Assembly: GCA_028692555.1 (NCBI GenBank)
Contig: JAQUXE010000002.1
Location: 1 to 64,000 of the forward strand
DNA length: 64,000 bases
Reading direction: 5' to 3'
DNA from: Minisyncoccota bacterium
Lineage (GTDB): Bacteria > Patescibacteriota > Minisyncoccia > Minisyncoccales > Minisyncoccaceae
Shown: piece by piece, positions 27,440-36,486 of the stretch
Position numbering within the stretch: position 1 is the stretch's first letter
How the letters are laid out: each line of letters opens with the position of its first letter
Program-made: the position numbers and the translations under genes
Notes under the pieces: model-generated
Told to the model about the DNA's origin: nothing
The model's input: only the letters and a program-made list of their open reading frames with translations
Databases searched by the model: none

Positions 27440-28642
27440 ATGAAAATAATAACAGATGAAAACAAAATAGAAGAGATTTTAACAAGAGGGACAGAAGATA
27501 TTATTGAGAAAGAGTCTCTTAAAAAAAGATTGCTTTCTGGTAAAAAACTAAACATCAAATTAGGAATAGACCCAACTGGGCCTAAGATTCACCTGGGCAG
27601 AGCTACAATATTAATGAAATTGAGGGATTTCCAGGATTTAGGGCATAATATTATCTTAATCATTGGAAACTTTACTGCTCTAATTGGAGACGCATCAGAT
27701 AAAGATGCAATGAGAAAAGTTTTAACAGAAAAAGAAATTAAAGAAAATGTAAAGGACTACTTAAATCAGATAGGAAAGATATTAGATATTAAGAAAGTAC
27801 AAGTAAAATACAACAAGGACTGGTTGGGAAAAATTAAACCAGAAGAATTCATTCAGCTAGCAATGAACTTTACTGCTCAACAAATGATTCAAAGAAGAAA
27901 CTTTAAAGAAAGATGGGACAAAGAGTCACCAATTGGTCTTCATGAATTAATGTATCCACTTCTTCAGGGCTACGATTCAGTAGCTATTAAGTCCGATGTT
28001 GAAATTGGCGGCTTTGATCAACTATTCAACTTAAAAGCAGGTAGAGTTCTGCAAAGAGCATTTAACCAAGAGCCACAAGATGTTATGACTTTTAGAATGA
28101 TTTATGGCTTAGATGGAAGGAAAATGTCTACTTCATGGGGAAATGTAATTAACATACTAGACGAACCAGTAGATATGTTTGGTAAGTTAATGACATTAAA
28201 GGACGAACTAATGATTGATTACTTTGAGTCTTGTACAAGAATACCAATGATACAAATTGAAGAGATTAAGAAATCATTAAAGAACAAAGAAGTAAATCCT
28301 AAAGAAATTAAAAAAGCACTAGCTAAAGAGATTGTTACTATTTTCCACAATTCAAATGAAGCACAAAGGGCCCAAGAAGAATTTGAGCAGGTCTTTGAAG
28401 ATAAAAAGCTTCCTACAGAGATTGAAGAAGTTCAAGTTGAGAACGGAGAACATAATGCTCAGGAATTATTAATTAAATTATCTCTCGCAAAATCAAAAAG
28501 CGATGCTAAAAGATTGCTTGAGCAGGGAGGAGTAAAAACTATCATTAACACCATTACAGAAGTTGTTAAGACGGACAACATTAAAACAGAGAAGGGAATG
28601 ATTATTCAAGTAGGTAAGAGAAACTTCAGAAAGATCATATAG
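27440..28642 (+). CDS. tyrS: tyrosine--tRNA ligase
   Basis: Class I motifs: IHLGR (HIGH), FQDLGH, GDASDK, KMSTS (KMSKS). C-terminal S4-like domain (KSDAKRLLEQGGV). Confidence 0.8.
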   Translation: MKIITDENKIEEILTRGTEDIIEKESLKKRLLSGKKLNIKLGIDPTGPKIHLGRATILMKLRDFQDLGHNIILIIGNFTALIGDASDKDAMRKVLTEKEIKENVKDYLNQIGKILDIKKVQVKYNKDWLGKIKPEEFIQLAMNFTAQQMIQRRNFKERWDKESPIGLHELMYPLLQGYDSVAIKSDVEIGGFDQLFNLKAGRVLQRAFNQEPQDVMTFRMIYGLDGRKMSTSWGNVINILDEPVDMFGKLMTLKDELMIDYFESCTRIPMIQIEEIKKSLKNKEVNPKEIKKALAKEIVTIFHNSNEAQRAQEEFEQVFEDKKLPTEIEEVQVENGEHNAQELLIKLSLAKSKSDAKRLLEQGGVKTIINTITEVVKTDNIKTEKGMIIQVGKRNFRKII

Positions 28643-28725
28643 TCTTTTCCATGTCGTAGACATTTAATGGAGTTGCATGGTTGTGCACTATGAGTAATAA
28701 GCACACTTATTGGTTTTTATAAAAA

Positions 28726-28742
28726 TGGGATTGTAATCCCAT
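28726..28742. terminator. stem-loop between convergent tyrS and ruvC (bidirectional terminator candidate)
   Basis: TGGGATT-gta-AATCCCA perfect 7-bp stem, flanked by AAAAA (5') and TAATT (3'). Confidence 0.4.
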
Positions 28743-28773
28743 AATTCAACAAAACCATTATAAACAGGATTTA

Positions 28774-29253
28774 CTACTTACTAAACTTTAAATTATTAGC
28801 ACAGCATATTGCTAGAGCCAGGGCATCTGCGGCATCGTCTGGCTTGGGAATGTCTTCTAAGTTAAGAATGTTTTTAACCATCTCTTGGACTTGGTTCTTT
28901 TGTGCTTTGCCGTAGCCAGTTACAGCAATCTTTGCTTGTAGGGGAGTATATTCAACAAAAGGAATGTTGTTTTTTGAAATAGTGAAAAGAATAACACCTT
29001 TAGCTTGGCTTACGGGTATAGCGGTCTTAAGGTTCTTGAAAAAGAATAAACTCTCGACAGCAACGAGAGCAGGCTTATGTTTCTTAATAATGTAGTTTAA
29101 ATCAAAGTGGATTTGTTTTAGTCGTTCTCCTGGACACTCTGTTGATAGAGTTTCAATTACTCCGTAATCAAGACAAGAAAAAGAGTTTTTGTCGTAGTTA
29201 ATTAGTCCAAAACCAGTCGTTGCTGTTCCTGGATCTATCCCTAGTATAATCAT
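28774..29253 (-). CDS. ruvC: Holliday junction resolvase RuvC
   Basis: 159 aa. N-terminus MIILGIDPGTATTGFGLI. Overlaps yebC stop (ATGA). Confidence 0.85.
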   Translation of the reverse strand: MIILGIDPGTATTGFGLINYDKNSFSCLDYGVIETLSTECPGERLKQIHFDLNYIIKKHKPALVAVESLFFFKNLKTAIPVSQAKGVILFTISKNNIPFVEYTPLQAKIAVTGYGKAQKNQVQEMVKNILNLEDIPKPDDAADALALAICCANNLKFSK

Positions 29254-29945
29254 ATATTGGTGTATACATTTGAAACGTCGTCATGGTCTTCAATTGCTTC
29301 AATAAAACTATTACACCTTTCTTCGTCAACTGATATTTTTTCTTTAGCCACCCATTCTAAATTAGCAAAGTCAATCTTAAATGATTCTAGTTCTTTTTTA
29401 ACTTGTTCCATTTCTTCTGGCTTGGTGTAGACAATTAGATTATCTTCTTCCCATAATATATCTTCAGCTCCTGCTTCTATTACTAAAAGCTCGGCGTCTT
29501 CTTTTGATTGGATTTCGGTTATGCCAATAACGCCACGCCTTTCAAACATCCATTTTATAGCTCCCTCGTTTACCATTTTACCTCCTTTTTGAGAGATAAT
29601 AAGTTTGATTTCATTGATACTTCTATTTTTATTATCAGTTATTCCTTCAATTAATAGAGCCATATTGTCTGGGCCATAAGCCTCCATTAAGAATTCCTCA
29701 AAAGTTACTCCTTCTAGCTCTCCTGAGCCCCTTTTGATTGCCTTATCAATACTATCATTAGGCATATTAAGGCCTTTTGCCTTATCAACGATGCTTCTTA
29801 ATTTTGGATTAAAGGCAACATCAGTTCCGCCGTCTTTAACGGCTACTGATATTTCTTTAGACAACTTAGAAAAGAGCTTGCTTCTTTTAGCATCTTCGGC
29901 TCCTTTCTTTAATTTAATATTATGAAAATGACTGTGTCCACTCAT
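29250..29945 (-). CDS. yebC: YebC/PmpR family DNA-binding regulator
   Basis: 231 aa. N-terminus MSGHSHFHNIKLKKGAEDAKRSK. Conserved yebC-ruvC arrangement. Confidence 0.9.
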   Translation of the reverse strand: MSGHSHFHNIKLKKGAEDAKRSKLFSKLSKEISVAVKDGGTDVAFNPKLRSIVDKAKGLNMPNDSIDKAIKRGSGELEGVTFEEFLMEAYGPDNMALLIEGITDNKNRSINEIKLIISQKGGKMVNEGAIKWMFERRGVIGITEIQSKEDAELLVIEAGAEDILWEEDNLIVYTKPEEMEQVKKELESFKIDFANLEWVAKEKISVDEERCNSFIEAIEDHDDVSNVYTNI

Positions 29946-29981
29946 AGTTAAATATTACAGAAAAAAGGGGATTTAGTCAAA

Positions 29982-30015
29982 GTTGACTATTGACTATTGA
30001 TAGTCAATAGTCAAC
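29982..30015. repeat. 34-bp perfect palindrome (16-bp arms) built from TTGACTA/TAGTCAA heptamers
   Basis: GTTGACTATTGACTATT-g|a-TAGTCAATAGTCAAC verified base by base. A further TAGTCAA at 29974-29980. Lies between ruvB stop and yebC start on the minus strand. Confidence 0.6.
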
Positions 30016-30029
30016 AAACTAAGTGAAGT

Positions 30030-31022
30030 TTAAATATCAATCTTTAAATGTTCATATGCCACCTTGGTAGCAACCCTTCCTTTAGAAGTTCTTTTGATTA
30101 ATCCTAATTGGATAAGATAGGGCTCATAAACATCAAGGATTGTGTTTTTTTCTTCAGAGGTTGCTGAAGATAATGCTTGAAGACCAACGGGACCACCTTC
30201 AAACTTGTGAATAATTGCTTCTAGTATTTTTATATCTCCCACTTCTAGTCCCAGTTCATCAACTTCTAAAAATGATAAACTATCAATTACGATCTTTTTA
30301 GTAATTATGTTCTTATTCTCCATCTGAGCAAAATCACGTACTCTTTTTAGTAATTTGTTGGCAATTCTAGGAGTGAAGCGAGAACGTTTTGATAGTTCTT
30401 TTGCTGCATCATCATTGATTTCAATGTTTAATATCTTAGCAGATCTTCTTATTATCTCTTCTATCTCACTAGGTTCATAGAAATTCAATTGAAATATTGC
30501 TCCGAACCTTCCTCTTAAGGGAGAAGAAAGCATATCAAGTTTTGTTGTGGCTCCTATTAGTGTAAAGCGAGGCAAAGTGAGGTCTAGCGTCTTTGCCATT
30601 GGACCCTTACCTAAAATCAAACTTAATTTAAAGTCTTCCATGGCGGAATAAAGATATTCTTCAACTTGTTTATTTAATCGATGACATTCGTCAATAAAAA
30701 GAAAGTCGCCCTCGCTTAAACTTGTTAGTAATGCAACCAGGTCGCCTGGTTTTTCAATGATTGGTGCAGCTATTGTCCGGATGTTTCCTTCTGCTTCTTT
30801 AGCTATTAAGTAAGCTAGAGTAGTTTTTCCTAGCCCAGCGCCACCATAAAAAAGCAAGTGATCCGGAGAATCATTTCTTTTCTTTGCAGCACCAATAATA
30901 ATCTTTAAATTTTTTTTAATTCTTTCTTGTCCAACATAATTAGACCACTTTTGAGGACGAAGCGTGCTTTCTATTGTTTCTTCAGAACTATTTAATTGTG
31001 GAGAAAAAGACTTGACAGACAT
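30030..31022 (-). CDS. ruvB: Holliday junction branch-migration helicase RuvB
   Basis: 330 aa. AAA+ Walker A GGAGLGKTTLA, Walker B FIDECHRL, sensor and C-terminal winged helix. Confidence 0.95.
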   Translation of the reverse strand: MSVKSFSPQLNSSEETIESTLRPQKWSNYVGQERIKKNLKIIIGAAKKRNDSPDHLLFYGGAGLGKTTLAYLIAKEAEGNIRTIAAPIIEKPGDLVALLTSLSEGDFLFIDECHRLNKQVEEYLYSAMEDFKLSLILGKGPMAKTLDLTLPRFTLIGATTKLDMLSSPLRGRFGAIFQLNFYEPSEIEEIIRRSAKILNIEINDDAAKELSKRSRFTPRIANKLLKRVRDFAQMENKNIITKKIVIDSLSFLEVDELGLEVGDIKILEAIIHKFEGGPVGLQALSSATSEEKNTILDVYEPYLIQLGLIKRTSKGRVATKVAYEHLKIDI

Positions 31023-31193
31023 TTTATGCTATGTTATATTATCTATACAAAGTGAATGATTCTTGAAATGGGGGGAGGGGGAGTTTTTTTAGTTAACGGT
31101 TAACTTGGTTCCGACTGGGTTATACCTCAAAAAATTTCTTGGCTTAGCCCTACCGCTAACGAGGACCCCCATTTCAGGAATTATTTAATAAAC

Positions 31194-31213
31194 ATCCCCG
31201 CAAGGGATTTTTT
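31194..31213. terminator. hairpin + T-run abutting pilB 3' end
   Basis: ATCCC-cgcaa-GGGAT followed by TTTTTT on plus strand. On minus strand preceded by A-run and followed by GUUUAUU. 2 nt from pilB stop. Confidence 0.4.
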
Positions 31214-31215
31214 GT

Positions 31216-32511
31216 TTATCCTGCAACTCTAATGACTTCATTAATAGTTGTTACCCCTTTTAGCACCTTAATTAATCCATCTTGTTTCATCGTGGTCATT
31301 CCTTTCTTGATGGCCATTTTTTGTAGTGCTGATGTCGATGGAGCGGTTAAGATAAAATCTTCTATCTCATCATCAATTAACATGGCTTCAAATATTCCAA
31401 CTCTACCTTTATATCCTGTAAAATTACAATATTCACAGCCTTTAATCTCTGCCACCTCCATATCATCATTTATTTCTGGACAATCAACGTGGCTTCCGAT
31501 TCCGCTTAGCCCTTCTTTAATGTTCTGTAATAACTCAGGAGTAATCTTTTTCATTTCTGTGCACTTGGGGCAAACCTTTCTAACTAATCTTTGAGCAATA
31601 GCAGTATTAATAGCGGGAGCAATATTTGTTGGCGACTCTCCTAGAGCTTGAAATCTTGCAATTGTTCCAGCAGCTTCATTAGCATGTAGGGTGCTCAATA
31701 CTAAGTGTCCAGTTAGTGCAGCTTGTAGGGAAATAGATGCAGTTTCAAGGTCTCTAATTTCACCAACAAGAATTGCATCAGGGTCTTGTCTTACGATTGA
31801 TTTTAATCCAGCGGCGAAGTTATATCCCTTTTTAGGATTTACTTGTGTTTGAGATATTCCGTCTAAGTGGTATTCGATAGGATCTTCAATTGTAATTACT
31901 TTAATTTCAGGGTTTCTAATTTTTTTAAGAAAGGCATAAAGAGTAGTTGTTTTACCAGAGCCAGTTGGACCAGTAACAACAATCATTCCATTTGGTTTTT
32001 TTGCCTGTAATTCAAAAATTTGATAAATATCTTTTCTTAAGCCAAGCTGTTCTAAGTTAACAAGATTATTAGGATTTAATACCCTCATAACAACTGTTTC
32101 TCCATATTCTGTTGGTAGCGTAGAGACTCTAATCTCAATTTCATCATTTGTATGAAAAACAATAGAGAATCTTCCATCTTGGGGTTTATCAGATACATTC
32201 AACTTCAGAGCACTCAAAAGCTTAATTCTTGAAACAATTCTTTGATGTTTTAATTTATCAAAAGAAAAAACCTCTTGTAGTACTCCATCAATTCTGGTCC
32301 TTAGAGTTGATCCAGTTGGCACCGCTTCAATGTGTAAGTCAGAGGCATTCAAAAGAATTGATCCAGACATTATTGTCTTTAGCAAGACAGATATATCTAG
32401 CCCTATCGAATCTGTAATTTGTTTCTTTAGCGCCTGAATCCCAGTAATGTTTTGCTCTAATACCTCTTGTATCTCTTTTTCGATTTCAATTTTGTTCTTA
32501 ATTGTTTCCAT
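31216..32511 (-). CDS. pilB: type IV pilus / type II secretion assembly ATPase (PilB/GspE family)
   Basis: 431 aa. Walker A VTGPTGSGKTTT, Asp/His boxes, tetracysteine motif CPKC...CEYC typical of PilB/GspE. Confidence 0.85.
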   Translation of the reverse strand: METIKNKIEIEKEIQEVLEQNITGIQALKKQITDSIGLDISVLLKTIMSGSILLNASDLHIEAVPTGSTLRTRIDGVLQEVFSFDKLKHQRIVSRIKLLSALKLNVSDKPQDGRFSIVFHTNDEIEIRVSTLPTEYGETVVMRVLNPNNLVNLEQLGLRKDIYQIFELQAKKPNGMIVVTGPTGSGKTTTLYAFLKKIRNPEIKVITIEDPIEYHLDGISQTQVNPKKGYNFAAGLKSIVRQDPDAILVGEIRDLETASISLQAALTGHLVLSTLHANEAAGTIARFQALGESPTNIAPAINTAIAQRLVRKVCPKCTEMKKITPELLQNIKEGLSGIGSHVDCPEINDDMEVAEIKGCEYCNFTGYKGRVGIFEAMLIDDEIEDFILTAPSTSALQKMAIKKGMTTMKQDGLIKVLKGVTTINEVIRVAG

Positions 32512-33550
32512 AGTTTAAGTAGGAGAGTATTTTTTCTTTAGCGATGTTTATTTTGTTTTCTTCCGTAAGAAATATCCCACCTTTCTCTTTATATATTCCT
32601 TTGAATCTGTCGGCTATTTTCTTAACTATATACTGTTTGTTGGTATAAAACAATCCCTTAATAGATAATGGTGAGGTCCTACTTTCCCATAGAATAAAGA
32701 AGGATGAAATATTCAAGAAGTTCTTGAGCTTTTCCGTAATGAATCCAAGGTCTTTTGATGTGGTTTTGCTTTTTTCAAAATCATCTTCAGAAACAGTCGA
32801 AATGTATGTGTCATTCTCGTAAGAAATATTCTTTAATATTACTTCTAGTAAGTTGTTCTTTTGCGAATCTCCTGAAAAGAGAGAAAGGTCGCCGCCGTTT
32901 TTTAAAAGCCATTTTATTGTAGAGAGCTTCTTCTTGTTGTCCGTCTTCTTGTTAGAGAAAGACAGTCCATAAAGAAGAAAGCTATTTGCTTCTTTGTTTG
33001 TATATTCGTCGATTTCTTTTAACAAGCAAGCAATTGTTTGGGAGAGTGACTGGTTATCTTCTATAATATTGATTTCTCCGTAGTTCTGATTATTAAGATT
33101 GTTATCAATATTTATAATAGCGCAGCTGAATAATTGGTCGGGGTCGCAAAGATCTTCGACTTCTTTAAAGTCATTAATCCCTATGGTAAAAAGAATATCA
33201 TAATCTGAAGAGAAGAATCCCTCTCCAGAAATTACCTTGCAAGAAAAGTTTTCGTCGCTTGTAGATTTGTTCTTTGGCGTTAAATAAAGAACAAGGCCTT
33301 TGCCCTTTTTTTCATAATAAACTTCCGAGATCTCTTCACTAAATGTTACTTGAAATTGTTTGCCATCTTTCTTATTAGCAAATGCAATGATTTCTTTGGG
33401 CAAGTTACTAGAAGGGAAGCACATTTTTTTTCCTGCACCCCTCAGCGCAAAAAAAAGAGCCAAAGAAGCTCCTATTGCATCATTATTTGCACTTTTCCTA
33501 GTTAAAATGCCTATATTCTTTGCTCCGCTTAGTGTTTCTTTAATATCCAT
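32498..33550 (-). CDS. DHH-phosphoesterase-like protein with substituted catalytic motifs (possible pseudoenzyme)
   Basis: 350 aa. Segments align by eye to NrnA/DHH motifs, but motif I reads RKSANNDAIGAS (Asp-rich DxD lost) and motif III reads IDNN instead of DHH. Overlaps pilB start by 14 nt. Confidence 0.35.
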   Translation of the reverse strand: MDIKETLSGAKNIGILTRKSANNDAIGASLALFFALRGAGKKMCFPSSNLPKEIIAFANKKDGKQFQVTFSEEISEVYYEKKGKGLVLYLTPKNKSTSDENFSCKVISGEGFFSSDYDILFTIGINDFKEVEDLCDPDQLFSCAIINIDNNLNNQNYGEINIIEDNQSLSQTIACLLKEIDEYTNKEANSFLLYGLSFSNKKTDNKKKLSTIKWLLKNGGDLSLFSGDSQKNNLLEVILKNISYENDTYISTVSEDDFEKSKTTSKDLGFITEKLKNFLNISSFFILWESRTSPLSIKGLFYTNKQYIVKKIADRFKGIYKEKGGIFLTEENKINIAKEKILSYLNYGNN

Positions 33551-33626
33551 ACTACACCATTAATTTATTATATTCGCAAGCAAAAGTCAATTTACTTGAT
33601 ATGTTGTTTCGCATAATATACAATGG

Positions 33627-34052
33627 TTGTATATTATTAAAATGATTATGGAATATTTATCAAGAAGCATAGAAGAGACTAAGGAAGTTGGTAGGCAATT
33701 AGCAAGAAGTGGTTATAGGGTTTTTGTTCTCGAGGGTGAGCTTGGAGCTGGAAAAACCTCTCTTGTACAGGGACTTGCTGAGGAGTTAGGAATTTTGAAT
33801 ATAACTAGTCCAACTTTTGTTTTAATGAACAAGTATCAGCTTAAAGGTAACAAAAGTTTCTGCCACTTTGATTTTTATAGAATTGAGAATGATGAAGAGG
33901 CAATATTTGCTAAAGAATTTATTCTTGATGAGAATAATATAATTTGTATAGAGTGGCCAGTAAAAGAGGTTCTACCTAAAGAGGTTGTTAGTATGAAAAT
34001 AGAAATAATAGACGAAGACAAAAGAAAAATAATAGTTGATTATGGAGAATAA
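33627..34052 (+). CDS. tsaE: tRNA threonylcarbamoyladenosine biosynthesis protein TsaE
   Basis: 141 aa. P-loop GELGAGKTSLVQG characteristic of TsaE/YjeE. Confidence 0.8.
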   Translation: MYIIKMIMEYLSRSIEETKEVGRQLARSGYRVFVLEGELGAGKTSLVQGLAEELGILNITSPTFVLMNKYQLKGNKSFCHFDFYRIENDEEAIFAKEFILDENNIICIEWPVKEVLPKEVVSMKIEIIDEDKRKIIVDYGE

Positions 34053-34947
34053 AGAAACTTTTGTAATAATTGATGCTAATTCAATAATTCATAGAGCTTT
34101 TCATGCTTTGCCACCATTGAAATCAAAAGATGGCCAAGTGGTTAATGCGGTTTATGGTTTTTTGTTAGTTTTATTTAAACTTTTAAAAGAAATAGAGCCA
34201 AAATACTTTGTTGCTTGTTTTGATGTTCCCAAACCAACATTTAGAAAAAAAATGTTTGAAGAGTATAAGGCGCAAAGAAAGAAAGCACCAGACGAATTAT
34301 ATATCCAAATTCCAATAGTTAAAGAAGTCTTAAAAACCTTTAATGTTCCTGTTTTTGAAAAAGAAGGTTACGAAGGGGACGATTTAATAGGAACCCTTTC
34401 TTTTAATGTAAAAGACAAATTAAACATTATTGTTTCGGGAGATAAAGATAATTTACAATTAATTAATAATAATACAAGAGTTTATTATCTTAACCAGGGA
34501 GTTAAGAGCGCCATAATGTATGATGAAGTAATGGTAAAAGAGAAATATGGGGGATTAATACCAAATCAACTTATCGATTACAAAGGATTAAGAGGGGACG
34601 CATCAGATAATATTCCAGGAGTTAAAGGCATTGGAGAAAAAACAGGCCTAGTTTTAATAAGGGACTTTGGAAGCATAGACAACTTATATGATAAGATTGG
34701 AAAAGGAGAAGATAACTTGCCAAAGAAATTAAAAGAAAAGCTGATCGATCAAAAGAAGGAAGCATACTTAAGTAGAGAATTGTCAGAGATTAGAAAAGAT
34801 GTACCCATAGAAATAAATTTAAAGGATTGTGAGTGGGGGGGCTACGATAATAAAGAAGTTTTAGAAATGTTAAAGCAATTAAATTTTAATAGTTTAATTA
34901 AGAATATCGATCCAGATAGAACTGGTGAAAATTTAAGATTATGGTAG
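34036..34947 (+). CDS. stand-alone 5'-3' exonuclease (FEN/Pol I N-terminal domain homolog)
   Basis: 303 aa. FVIIDANSIIHRAFHA start, acidic metal-binding clusters, H3TH region (GIGEKTG). No polymerase domain. Confidence 0.8.
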   Translation: MIMENKETFVIIDANSIIHRAFHALPPLKSKDGQVVNAVYGFLLVLFKLLKEIEPKYFVACFDVPKPTFRKKMFEEYKAQRKKAPDELYIQIPIVKEVLKTFNVPVFEKEGYEGDDLIGTLSFNVKDKLNIIVSGDKDNLQLINNNTRVYYLNQGVKSAIMYDEVMVKEKYGGLIPNQLIDYKGLRGDASDNIPGVKGIGEKTGLVLIRDFGSIDNLYDKIGKGEDNLPKKLKEKLIDQKKEAYLSRELSEIRKDVPIEINLKDCEWGGYDNKEVLEMLKQLNFNSLIKNIDPDRTGENLRLW

Positions 34948-34956
34948 AATAGATTT

Positions 34957-36102
34957 ATGGAAGAATTACTAACAAAATCTGAAGAACTAAGAAATGTTCG
35001 CGTTGCATTGCTTAATGTTTTAGAAGATACAGACGATCTAAGGAAAGAGGCTGTTGACGAAAGAAACAAAACAATGACCATCATTGAGAATCTTAATGAT
35101 GGAGTTATTTTATTAAACAAGAATAATCAAGTAGAGATTATCAATTCTCCTGCACTAGAAGTACTTAATATAAAGAGAGAGGGAGTATTAGGAATTCCTT
35201 TTGCTAATTTATTAGATAAAGAGGAATTAGCAGAAATTAAAAAGGCGATAATAGACGAAAAAGACCATAAGAAAATTAAAGATATATACAGAGAAGAGTT
35301 CTCGACCTCAAAAGATAGGCACGTAGAGATTACTTCTGTGTTATTAAGAGACGAACTAGAAGAAAAAGGATTTCTAATTGTTATTCATGACGTCACCAAG
35401 GAAAAGTTAGTTGAAAGAATGAAGACAGAGTTTGTGTCTGTTGCTGCTCATCAACTAAGGACTCCCTTATCAGCAATAAAATGGACGGTTAGGATGATCT
35501 TAGATGGAGATGTTGGCAGCATTAATGAAGAACAAAAAGAATTACTAGAAAAAACATATATTAGCAACGAAAGAATGATTAGATTGATTAACGACTTATT
35601 AAACGTTAGTAGAATCGAAGAAGGCAGGCTATTATATAATCAAGAAGAAGTTCAGATCGAAGATGTTCTAGAAGGCGTTGTTAATGCATCTCAAGAGATA
35701 TTAAGAAATAAGAACATAAAATTAAAAGTTGAAAAGAAAGAACTGCCCAAGGTGATAATTGATAAAGAAAAGATGGGGCTAGTTATTCAAAACCTTTTAG
35801 AGAATGCAGTAAAATATACACATCAAGGCGGTAAGATAAAGATTTCTTTGGACAATGATGAAAAAAATGTTATATTTAAGATAGAGGATTCAGGGGTAGG
35901 AATACCTAAAGATCAGCAAGACAGAATTTTCACGAAGTTTTTTAGAGCAGAGAATGTGACAAGAATGGAAACTGATGGTACTGGATTAGGTCTCTATACT
36001 ACAAAGAATATTATTCAAGCTCACAAAGGAGAAATATGGTTTGAGTCAGAGGAGAATAAAGGAACAACTTTTTATTTTAAGATTCCAATTTCTAATAAAT
36101 AA
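34957..36102 (+). CDS. cytoplasmic sensor histidine kinase (PAS-like + HisKA + HATPase_c)
   Basis: H-box VAAHQLRTPLSAIKW, N-box NLLENAVKYT, G-boxes DSGVGIP and GTGLGL. No TM segment. Confidence 0.8.
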   Translation: MEELLTKSEELRNVRVALLNVLEDTDDLRKEAVDERNKTMTIIENLNDGVILLNKNNQVEIINSPALEVLNIKREGVLGIPFANLLDKEELAEIKKAIIDEKDHKKIKDIYREEFSTSKDRHVEITSVLLRDELEEKGFLIVIHDVTKEKLVERMKTEFVSVAAHQLRTPLSAIKWTVRMILDGDVGSINEEQKELLEKTYISNERMIRLINDLLNVSRIEEGRLLYNQEEVQIEDVLEGVVNASQEILRNKNIKLKVEKKELPKVIIDKEKMGLVIQNLLENAVKYTHQGGKIKISLDNDEKNVIFKIEDSGVGIPKDQQDRIFTKFFRAENVTRMETDGTGLGLYTTKNIIQAHKGEIWFESEENKGTTFYFKIPISNK

Positions 36103-36117
36103 TAAATAAAAAAAAAT

Positions 36118-36486
36118 ATGATGAAAAAAATATTACTAATAGAAGATGATAAGTTCTTAAGAGAACTAATGGTTAAAAAGCTTTTGACTATGGAATATGA
36201 TGTTGTTTCTGCCGTTGATGGCGAGAGTGGTTTATCGATGATTAAAGAGTCTAAGCCAGATGTTGTTCTTTTAGATTTGATATTGCCTGGAATCAATGGA
36301 TTCGAGGTTTTAGAAAGAGCAAAGCAAGATCCAGAAACAGCTGATATTCCTGTCATCATACTTTCTAACTTGGGACAAAAAGAAGACATTGAGCGAGGGC
36401 AAGAACTTGGTGCAGTTGACTTTATGATCAAGGCACACTTCACCCCTCAGGAAGTAGCCAATAAACTTAAGACTATTTTAGAATAA
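36118..36486 (+). CDS. single-domain response regulator (CheY-like receiver only)
   Basis: 122 aa. Acidic pocket EDD, phospho-acceptor in LLDLILPG, conserved Lys near C-terminus. No output domain. Confidence 0.8.
   Translation: MMKKILLIEDDKFLRELMVKKLLTMEYDVVSAVDGESGLSMIKESKPDVVLLDLILPGINGFEVLERAKQDPETADIPVIILSNLGQKEDIERGQELGAVDFMIKAHFTPQEVANKLKTILE

Noticed and set aside
31216-32511. PilB as the VirB11 traffic ATPase of the T4SS-like locus
   Set aside because: Length (431 aa), N-terminal GspE_N-like region and tetracysteine motif are PilB/GspE-like rather than VirB11-like, and it is 10 kb from the locus.
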